From Octopus sinensis (Eukaryota), in the NCBI RefSeq assembly GCF_006345805.1, contig NC_043008.1, positions 75,454,001 to 75,518,000 of the forward strand: DNA of 64,000 bases. Direction: 5' to 3'. Position 1 is the stretch's first letter. Every line of letters starts with the position of its first letter. A program made the translations under genes and the position numbers. The notes under the pieces were generated by a model. That model worked only from the letters and a program-made list of their open reading frames with translations, did no database searches and was not told the origin of the DNA. Positions 25,329 to 35,459 of the stretch are shown in pieces.

Positions 25329-25406
<78 letters not shown>
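25329..25406 (+). repeat. (AAT)n microsatellite, right flank of the Tx1 array
   Basis: About 26 AAT units. Confidence 0.97.
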
Positions 25407-25408
<2 letters not shown>

Positions 25409-28400
25409 TACGTTATTTACATTATTTTCATTCGACAGATATTTGTTCTCATTTTGTTTGTTCCTTAAATCCTTAAAATATTATATGCTCACACACATAC
25501 ACACACACACACATATATATATACACATACGTGTATATATGTAACTGTGCGTGCGCAAGTGAGGAGTGAGAGTGGATGAAATAGAGAGATATATTCCACA
25601 TATATTTGTATAAGGTAAAACTGTACTAATGATGGTGGTCGAGAGTATGTAACGATATAAGTGCCAATATTGTCCGACAAAGTAGACGCTTGGGAAATAA
25701 GTGTGATAAATGTAATGAACGGGAATAGATTAAAACAGCATTGCTCAATGGTGCGAACATATACGGATAGAAGACACACATATTTTAAATACTCCATGTG
25801 ACAATTAAGATGTGTCAATCATTTAAACACAAACATTGCTGAAAATTCTGTCAACTTCGTTTCGTTTGAAAGAGCATTAATTTCTGTCAAGTTTTCACTT
25901 CAGTACATATCTTCACTGGAAAGAATCTATTCAAGTTTAAAGTGTATGAAATGTACAATAGTCAGCAGCGATCACATTATTCCATTTGAATATATATAGA
26001 GACAGAGATCGATTGTAAAAGTGACCGATTATATGATTCTGTTCGTTGGTAGTGCCATTATCACCAAAATTAAGCAACATACAATTGTATTCTATTTCAT
26101 TCTGGTAAACAGCGCTAATACCGTCAAACAGCCGAGAAATGTGTTAGATTTTGGGGGTATGGAGCAACTTGTTGAGGTTGACTTTTTGTAGGTAAACTTT
26201 GAAATGACGAGCTTTTAACGGTCTTTTATTATTTTAATCGTAAGTTATAAGAGTCAGTAAGCAATTTTCACAGTAGAATACACCCAGAGCTACCCAGTTA
26301 GAAAACTAAAACTGCATTCGATACGATATTCATTCCAGCATGTGATATGCATGGACATCACAACTATCTCTTTAAATTGTCTTATATAGTAGTGTAAAAT
26401 TACTATTATGATGTTTTGAAAGTGTACCCAGCTTTTTGCTGTTATTTATAGCACTACAAGACGTTATACACTCTTGTTACTTAGTGAATTACCACCTTAC
26501 TGTAGAAAATGAAAGTGATGTTTCATAAGTATTCATAAATCTCGGAATACGCTGTAATTTAACCACTCTTTCACAGTAGATGGTTTAAATGTTATATCAC
26601 AATTGCTTTGATTTTTCTTCCTGAGAAAGACTCTATATTAACAAATTGTTACTATATTGCTTCTCCTATTGATCTTAGTGTTACATATAGCAAGTTGCCA
26701 TTAGCGTAGAAACATTGCTCACTTATATAGGAACTGTGTCCAAAAGATGAGTTCACAATTTAACAGTGCCAGAACTTATTTTTAGTTTACATTGACTAAT
26801 GAAAAACTTTACCAAAGAGAAGGAATACGTATAACATTCCCATCATCAAGCAAAATGGACACAAGCGATAAAACACCTCCAATAGACTTGAATCTTGGTT
26901 TATTTGATAATGACAACTCAACCTTGGGTGCTTTTAGCGAAGTTCACTCTTTAGTACGTATTCGGGGCAAGTTTCTAGTTTGAGGGTACCTTCTTCCATC
27001 CCATAAGTGGTGGTGGGGGACGCTGCCTTTTCCTTTGACTGAACAATAACATACAGCTGGGCTAACGGCACAGAAAACTTAAATTACAAGCATATCTGAA
27101 AATATAAAAGTAGATCTATTTTAAAAAAAAGTCCAACGATCTATCAACATCGACTGCCGTATATCAGTCAGCAAACATACTCCTCAACAATAACTTTGAT
27201 GCTACCAAACAATTATTAAACTATCAGAATTGAAAACTTCATGCATCTTCATACAACTTCATGTTCACAATTAATCCCGTGGATCTAAAAAATCATACAA
27301 ATAAACATTTGGTATTGTAGACGGCATATACAAACTTGTCAAATTATGGTCTACAGAAAAAGCCTTTAGGAGAGGTAGATTTTACCATTTACTAAGATTA
27401 TAGAGATGGTTCAAACAATTCCTCTCTGCATTGTCAGTGGATATACAAATATTCAACTGAGTAAAAGCAATATGAGTTATTCCTAATATTATCTGTAAAT
27501 AGTTGTAATCTACAATATCTTTGTACTTTTATATTCGAGCGTTTATTAAATATAAATTTAATCCCATTTTACACATAGTCGCAGTAGTTACATAAAACAA
27601 TTCTTTCTGTATAACGAATTGACAAGAAACACGTCCAACTTTGCTTGGTGATTATCAGTCCATTAGTATTGTTAAAAGCGTTAGCTCTACAGGCAGAGAC
27701 ACATCAATTTACAAGTACGTGTGAAAGATTAATTACTAACAGGTCTTAATGTTTCACAAATGTAGATCTTCGTTTCTTAGCAACGTGAAGAGCAATTATA
27801 AGACGTTTTAATGTACGCATGTAAATATAATGTACGCATGTAAATATAATGTACGCAAGTAAAGAGCAATTATAAGAGCTATTAATGTACGCATGTATAT
27901 TTATTTGTTCTTTATCCGCACACATATTTACGGTACCAGAATTATGTTACCCTCGTGTAATGGACAGCATGTTTAAAACTTTGCGGTATTTGCAAGTTTG
28001 AAATCTTTAAATTTTCTTCGCCTCCTGAATAGTTGCACATATTTGATCTATACCAAATCTCTTGACAAATGATCTGAAACCTTGACCGCTGGGCCGTAAA
28101 TAGAAGTTCAATAGACTTAAAGTTGTAAAATATCTTGGATAGAAATAATATTCGAGGATAATTAGACTTTGCAGTCACTGAAACCATGGGTGACACTAAA
28201 TCAACGTTCTTAACTTTTTGTTTTTACTCGTTTGAAATAGGTTGATTTTAAAATATGCATTACTGAAAATCGGAATATGAATTTTTTTATCGTTTGATAT
28301 TTATATGACAAGAAAAGATTAAGAAATTATTTACTTTACTACTTTTATAGATGTTATCACCTCTTAAATCTCCACCAAACTTCTTTATCTGAATACATAA

Positions 28401-28526
28401 ATTAGAGGAAGAAGGACAATGATATATAAGGATATATAGGGACGTGAACTGTTTGAGATTATGAAGGAATAAAAATCGCATAATACTGCCACTACTTCAA
28501 TTCCTACTATTTACATGGACAGCATC

Positions 28527-28527
28527 A

Positions 28528-28623
<96 letters not shown>

Positions 28624-28635
28624 TATATTAATAAT
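28527..28635 (+). repeat. (ACT)n(AAT)n compound microsatellite
   Basis: Read directly from the sequence. Confidence 0.95.
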
Positions 28636-28639
28636 AATC

Positions 28640-28835
28640 CTTTCCATTATAGGCACAGGCCTGAAATTTGGGAAAGGAGCATAGTCGAACACATCGACCC
28701 CAGTACTCAACTAGTACTTAATTCATCGACCTCGAAAGCATGAAATATAAAGTCGACTTCAGCGGAATTTCAACTTAGAACGTAGCGGCAGACGAAGTAC
28801 CGGTAAACATTTCGCCCGACGTGCTAACGATTCTT
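28640..28835 (-). mobile_element. SINE family A variant, diverged
   Basis: Reverse complement matches the family A body (AAAGTCGACTTCAGCGGAATTTCAACTTAGAACGTAGCGGCAGACG). Confidence 0.75.
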
Positions 28836-28842
28836 CTTCTTC

Positions 28843-28879
<37 letters not shown>

Positions 28880-28887
28880 TAATAATA

Positions 28888-29501
28888 AATGCCCTGATGC
28901 AGTACCAATGCCCTGATGCAGTACCAATGCCCTGATGCAGTATAAATGCCCTGATGCAGTACCAGGCAGTGGCTCTCATGGCTTCTGATCTTAACTGATT
29001 GGAAGTGTTATCATGTACATTGTTTTGTCTTGGTATAAAAGATGGGCTACAGCAAATATTCTGCTCAATACCACAGATTTGCTTGTCAGTTGTTTGACCT
29101 TAACCAGTTGAGCATGTCCCTTAGTGGCTGGCAAAATGTGCATCTCTGATCACGAGCAGAAGTAGTGGGGGAGCATCATAGCCATGTGTTGAGAGGGATT
29201 CTTTGGAGTTTGAATAATTCACCTCTGGAAACATGGATGTTTCGTTCAACATTCTTAAACAACCCTTCTTCAGGGACCTTTTGAGTGGGATGGGTTACTC
29301 GACTAGAAGAAAATTTTAACTGGGCCCCACCTGCAAGGTCATGCGCTGTTTATCTTGATATGAGATCACCATGTCGCGCACATATGGTTGTGATGCATGT
29401 GCCTGGTGTACCTTTATCAGACGGGTAGTCATGATGGGTATATTGGGCTTCGTATATTTTACCCCAGTGTCACTTTGATGGCATAAACTGCTCTCTCACT
29501 C

Positions 29502-29503
<2 letters not shown>
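28888..29503. mobile_element. About 615-bp non-coding interspersed element inserted in (AAT)n
   Basis: Complex sequence bounded on both sides by (AAT)n, with four tandem 19-mers at the left end and no ORF. Resembles a high-copy octopus repeat, by recall only. Confidence 0.65.
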
Positions 29504-29585
<82 letters not shown>

Positions 29586-29613
29586 AAGAAGAAGAAGAAA
29601 AATAATAATAATA

Positions 29614-29653
<40 letters not shown>
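29504..29653 (+). repeat. (AAT)(AAG)(AAT) compound microsatellite
   Basis: Read directly from the sequence. Confidence 0.95.
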
Positions 29654-29656
<3 letters not shown>

Positions 29657-29664
29657 TCCTTTCG

Positions 29665-29895
29665 GATCTATCCTATCTCAATCACAGATTTTTTAATTAA
29701 TTTCTTTTAAATAAACAGTTTGAAACTTCAAATACTGGTAGAATTTCTCACTTAGAACACGATTTACTCTGAAAGTTTTGGACAAATTTTCGTATTTTAG
29801 AAGTTATTTCGTATTAAAGTTGTCGTATTTGGGTAATTTCAACCAATCAACGACGTGTATTCGGTTGAATAATTACTGCTATTTACGATAGTAAT
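29665..29895. repeat. Diverged interspersed repeat, inverted homolog of 48230-48410
   Basis: Shared blocks AAACTTC..ATACTGGTAGAAT and TTTC/TAACCAATCAA in opposite orientations. Confidence 0.5.
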
Positions 29896-30006
29896 CGCTG
29901 AGGAACAACTTCCGTGTCATGTCTTCCGAGTCATCTCTACTCTGTTCGAAGAATCAACACCAGCGAAGAATCAACACCAAGAAGGAAGAAATATTATTTA
30001 CATATA

Positions 30007-30430
30007 GGCGCAGGAGTGGCTATAGGCACAGGAGTGGTTGTGTGGTAAGTAGCTTGTCTACCAACCACATGGTTCCGGATTCAGTCCCACCGCGTGGCAC
30101 CTTGGGCAATGTCTTCTACTTTAGCCTCGGGCCGACCAAAGCCTTGTGAGTGGATTTGGTAGACGGAAACTGAAAGAAGCCCGTCGTATATATATATATA
30201 TATATATATGCGTGTGTGTATTTGTGTGTCTGTGTTTGTCCCCTAGCATTGCTTGACAACCGATGCTGGTGTGTTTATGTCCCCGTTATATAGCGGTTCG
30301 GCAAAAGAGACCGATAGAATAAGTACTGGGCTTACAAAAGAATAAGTCCCGGGGTCGAGTTGCTCGATTAAAGGCGGTGCTCCAGCATGGCCGCAGTCAA
30401 ATGACTGAAACAAGTAAAAGTAAAAGTAAA
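30007..30430 (+). mobile_element. tRNA-derived SINE, family B, with duplicated head
   Basis: GGCGCAGGAGTGGC head (duplicated), GGTTCAGTCCC-like B box, GGCACCTTGGGCAA, internal TA/TG microsatellite and GACTGAAACAAGTAAAAG tail. Confidence 0.88.
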
Positions 30431-30864
30431 TAGTATATATCTATTCGCTCGCCCGACATCCGTATTTTATCCACACATAAAGCACGGTTGGGTTAAAAGA
30501 CGAATCTGCAGCTAGCTTTTTTGTTGTTGGCGTATATGTAGTTTCAAAATGCTTTATTTTACGACTATGCGATGTATTGTTATTGTCATGATTTTCTCTG
30601 ATAATAATCAACAACAAACACATTTCATCAATATAAAAGTCTTTATTAGATTAAAATAGCACTATCAAAACATGAAGGTAAAACTGAAGCAAATAGCGGC
30701 TTATACACCGGAAAATACGGTAATTGTAGTGGCAGTGACAAGTTCGCTCGCTGGTTGCCAGTTGATAGTGTAGAAGGGAGGGGAAGGGTATGGAATGCCC
30801 GGTGCTGATTAGAAGGGAAGACAAGATAAAAGTGGCATCGTTTTCGCTCACCATACGAATGACA

Positions 30865-30968
30865 AGCAAAGTCGGCCTCGGCGGAATTTGAACACAGAAC
30901 GTAGCGACAGACGAAATATCGCTAAGCATTTCGCCCGGTGTGCTAACAATTCTGCCAGTTCACCGCGT
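30865..30968 (-). mobile_element. SINE family A 5' fragment
   Basis: Reverse complement of the family A head. Confidence 0.8.
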
Positions 30969-31587
30969 TTATAATAATGATATTGTTGATAATGATGATA
31001 ATGATAATAATAATAATAATAATAATAATATAATAATAATAATAATAATAATAATGATAATAATAATAATAATAATGTTTCTATGTCTCCAACTCAGCAG
31101 GAAAACGGGAAATTAACTCCTGACGGCTAGAATAAACTTACATATCTACAGTTTTCGCACACACAAAGGATCGGCTTTAAAAGCTTTTATATCTTCAACT
31201 TCTGTGAATATGTATCCTTTCCTTTCTTCCTGGGTACTCGAAAATGCAAACATCCTTTTCATTGCAAAAACATTACAGTCTTCTCTGATCGGACAAACAA
31301 ACGAACATCTCTAAAAAACATTTAGAAACTTCAATATCTACAATTTTGTGTGAAAATTTTATCTTTCTTTTTTTCCCTGACTACCCGAATATGTAAACAT
31401 ACCTTTTATTGTAACGATAAAAAACAAAAAAATAAGGAGATAAGCACCTACCAATATATACAAATATATACAAATCGCACAATTACAAAACTGTAAACCA
31501 TAGCAAAACTTATAAAAAGAAAAGGAAAATTTCCAGGAAAAACAAAGAAAAATTCAGAGATTCAAAAATCCAACTAGGTGAACTACA

Positions 31588-31649
<62 letters not shown>

Positions 31650-31707
31650 GATAGATAGATAGATATATATATATATACATACATACATATATACATACAT
31701 ATATATA

Positions 31708-31732
<25 letters not shown>

Positions 31733-31738
<6 letters not shown>

Positions 31739-32339
31739 AATTAATATGTTCAATAAGAAATAATTATTTTCGAAATTTTTTCTCTTATGAGGTTTTTACG
31801 CTATCTACCTGACAATTTCTTGTTAAGTTTTCCTTATTAAGTAGTTGTCCTTAATTGCTAAATTTTTATTCCGAAAAAACTTTTCCTCTCCCGAAATGCA
31901 ATTCGTAAAAGTTTGCCATTCATCCGGATATAGTATATATAAACCCACCCATGTGCTTCGTTGATGTTGATCAGTTAGCTGATCGGCTTAAGCGAAGCAG
32001 GGTCGTTGTTTATTTATAGTATATTCAGGCCTGCTGATGATTACGTAAGTATGAAATCACTGTGATACAGGTCTATATATTTTTAAATGTCTTTCTTTGG
32101 AAAATTGCATTCGGTGGGATTAGTAATATTTTTGGTAGAAATGACTGATTGTCCCTCTTAGCGTATGGCGTGTATGTAGAATGCCTCCTGGCATGTATGT
32201 ATAATGCCCTCTATATATAAATTAATATGTTCAATAAGAAATAATTATTTTCGAAATTTTTTCTCTTATGAGGTTTTTACGCTATCTACCTGACAATTTC
32301 TTGTTAAGTTTTCCTTATTAAGTAGTTGTCCTTAATTGC

Positions 32340-32345
<6 letters not shown>
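31733..32345 (+). mobile_element. Non-autonomous hammerhead-bearing element (retrozyme or PLE pLTR-like): 481-bp unit plus 132-bp terminal repeat
   Basis: 31733-31864 and 32214-32345 look identical. Flanked by (TA)n on both sides, contains a hammerhead, no ORF. Confidence 0.75.
32027..32074 (+). ncRNA. Type I minimal hammerhead ribozyme
   Basis: AGGCCTG-CTGATGA-TTAC GTAA GTAT-GAAA-TCACTGTGA-TA-CAGGTCT. Stem I has 7 bp, the core is intact, stem II has a GNRA loop with a U-U closing pair, stem III is near-palindromic, and the cleavage triplet is AUA. Confidence 0.8.
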
Positions 32346-32386
<41 letters not shown>

Positions 32387-32399
32387 GTGTGTGTTATTG

Positions 32400-33885
32400 T
32401 GTATAGAAGAATATATTAATAAAAAGAATTCCAACCTTGTCTGATTTTCACGTTTTATTTACAATCTTATAATGATATATTATAAGATAATATATTATAA
32501 TAGAATAAAATAAAATGAAATAGTAGAATGCTAAATATTCATTCTGATTGAACTAGTACTTTCATGCATTGAATTCTGCAATCTTCGGGTTCATGTAGTA
32601 GTGTTGACAGTCATGCTTCACAATTTTTGACTGTAGCAAGATGATTGATTCTGTGCTATAAATACAGCTGGGAGAGGCCCCAGAGTGCTAGGTTTTGCAA
32701 ACTGTATTCTGACCAATCAGTGTGTAGTATCACTCAATTACTTAAGCTGATTGGTTGGTTGAGCTGATTGGTTTAGGCATCACGCTTTGTTGGACATGTC
32801 AAGAGTCCTGTATCTTGACCCTGGCCGAAGCAGCAATTGTTGGGTTATTTTTAGAAATGTTGTAAATATCCTTGTCAGAGATTTTTATATTTTTATATTT
32901 CAATTGTCATCATCATCATTGTCAGCACCTTAATTATTGTTGCTAGTGGTGATGGTGGTGGCAATTGAACTTTTAACCCTAAATAAGATAATTTTCCTGC
33001 TATCTTCATCTTGATCACCTTTAGTATTGTTGTTGTTGTTAGTGGTCATGGTCGTAGCAGTGGAAGTAATACCTCTAAGTATTATTATTATTGCTTATTT
33101 AGCTTGGGTTCGAATTTATCAATAAAGTTCTTTTCTCTGATTCTCCTCTCGATTTCACTTGGGCTGTGTAATTTGTAGAACGGAAATATTACATACATTT
33201 TCCGGCCACATGTTGCTAGGTGGTTACTCAAAGGTATCTGACGGACCTCTGGGTCTCTAATCTGTTGCCGGTGTACACGTGAGCGTTCTAATAGTGCGTT
33301 TCCCGTCTGGCCTACATATATTTCTTCACAATTTGGGCATTTGATGCAGTAAATTAAATTTCTGCTTTTGCAGTTCATATTCGCGTTTGTGAATATTTTC
33401 CCGGTTTTTGTGTTTATATATTGACCAGTATGTATGAATTGGCATGTGCCACATCGGCTATCATTGCATTTAGATACCGTGAATGTTTGGTCTTTGTTGC
33501 TGAGGTCAAATTTGGCCTTTGTTAGTAATGTTTTCAAGTTTTTAGGCTGTCTTTTACTAAGCACCATAGCTCAATCCGTGATTATGTCTTTTAATTCATT
33601 ACTTTGGGCAATGATTGGTAGGTTTGCTTTGGCAATGTTGAAGATATTCTGGTGACACGGGTTGTGTGTCACTATGAATGGTATGACTTGTTCTTGTTTT
33701 CCTCTTCCTTGGGTTGTCCTAAGTTGTTGTATGGGTATTTTTATAGCCCGCTGTATGCCATTTTCTATAAGTAGAGTTGGGTATTTTTGTTTGAGCAAAA
33801 ATTCTCTTAGTTCTATTAGGCGTTTGTTCCTGATATTTGCATCTTCTACAATAGTACAAATTCTTCTGGCTAGGCAGTATGGGAT
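32400..33885 (-). mobile_element. 5'-truncated Penelope-like element with 3'UTR/pLTR
   Basis: RT thumb region ([14 protein letters not shown]...LLKQKYP), linker, GIY-YIG domain and a 3' region with CCAAT boxes and TATA. Confidence 0.88.
33088..33885 (-). pseudogene. PLE ORF C-terminal part (RT thumb + GIY-YIG endonuclease), one in-frame stop near 33570
   Basis: CNDSRCGTC, NCKSRNLIYCIKCPNCEEIYVGQTG..L.ER..VHR and EKNFIDKFEPKLN. Confidence 0.9.
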
Positions 33886-33927
33886 GTTATATATATATAT
33901 ATATGTTATATATGTTATATATATATA

Positions 33928-33980
<53 letters not shown>

Positions 33981-34022
33981 ACATATATAGATATGCATAC
34001 ATATCTATATATGTATACACAC

Positions 34023-34060
<38 letters not shown>

Positions 34061-34252
34061 ATATGTATACATATATAGATATGTATACATATCTATATAT
34101 GTATACATATATATATATGTATACATATCTATGTATGTATACATATATATATATCTATACATATATATATATATTTACATATATATATATATGTATACAT
34201 ATCTATATATGTATACATATATATACATATACATATATATATAAAATATATG

Positions 34253-34288
<36 letters not shown>

Positions 34289-34289
34289 G

Positions 34290-34368
<79 letters not shown>
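33886..34368. repeat. (TA)n-rich compound microsatellite
   Basis: Read directly from the sequence. Confidence 0.95.
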
Positions 34369-34370
34369 AT

Positions 34371-34668
34371 GGAGGCGCAATGGCCCAGTGTTTAGGGCAG
34401 CGGACTCGCGGTCGTAGGATAAAGATTTCGATTCCCAGACCGGGTGTTGTGAGTGTTTATTGAGCGAAAACATCTAAAAGCTCCACGAGGCTCCGGCAGG
34501 GGTGGTGATCCCTGCTGTACTCTTTCACCACTCTTTCTCCCACTCTTTCTTATGTTGACCTGCTCGCTTAGCCTACGGGGTGGCGTCATTCGAAGGCTAA
34601 AGCAATGTGAACGCATTGGGACCAGCGATGTGTAGCAACATCTGATGTGCTGGTCGGTCACGTGATCT
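34371..34668 (+). mobile_element. tRNA-derived SINE, family C
   Basis: GGAGGCGCAATGGCCCAGTG..AGGGCAGCGGACTCGCGG..TTCGATTCCCAGACC head. Homolog at 45832. Confidence 0.88.
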
Positions 34669-35459
34669 ATATATAAATTCCCCTTCTTCAGCCGCCTCTG
34701 TTTTATCTACTCCGCGTTTCGAAGGTAAGGCGAGACACGACTTAGTTGAAGCAGTCCTTCCCGCAAAAGCAAATTAAATAAGATTTGAGATTTTTCTTGC
34801 GGAGGAGTAATAATGGTAACAAAAACAGGACAGTAAAGACAGTACAAAATATAAACAGTAAATGACAGAACAAGGAGAATAACAGTAACACGAATATTAT
34901 ATATATATAATTTCTTTCCATCAGTAATTAAAAACAGAGCAAGGTGAATTGGGTCTTTTCTAGGCCAAATTCAGCGCTCTCATTGATCGCCAGTAGTAGT
35001 AAACACATTTTACCTCTGCTAATCCCAATCCTTATCGCACAGAAATGCCCATTGCTGATCTCTTCACCATCTGCCGAATCTATTACAGACCTGTGGAATT
35101 TAATCTGCTCAGCAAGCTGTCTCACCTGCTCCTAGTGTTCCCTTAAACATACATAATTATGATCATCTCAAGTACAAAAGTTGAAATTAAACAACATTCA
35201 ATAATAACTTTTAATAATAAATAGGAATGAAAATAATGATGGTGATAATGGTGATGCGGGTAATAACGATAATAATAATAATAATTTAGATAAAACTCAT
35301 GTCGGATCAGAGTAATTATAAACAATGACGAATAGTAGTAAAACAAAAATAATATCAGTAATAATGATAATAATAATAATGAAAGGAAGTGATTGGTATC
35401 TTCCTTTGCACTGATTAATGATAGATTTAGTGATGGTGTCACTGATAATTGTGCAACCT

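Noticed and set aside
28888-28963. 19-bp tandem repeats as a CRISPR array
   Set aside because: No spacers, eukaryotic context and no cas genes.
34371-34445. tRNA genes (also 30007 and 45832)
   Set aside because: tRNA-like heads continue into shared SINE bodies and do not form complete cloverleaves.
34670-34800. CTGAAGAAGGGG and GAAACGCG on the minus strand as a type II hammerhead
   Set aside because: Stems I and III do not pair. Probably a pLTR fragment truncated by the SINE at 34371-34668.
34928-35135. Possible SRCR-like peptide (RDQQWAFLCDKDWD) on the minus strand
   Set aside because: Flanked by stops with no usable splice sites; likely chance.
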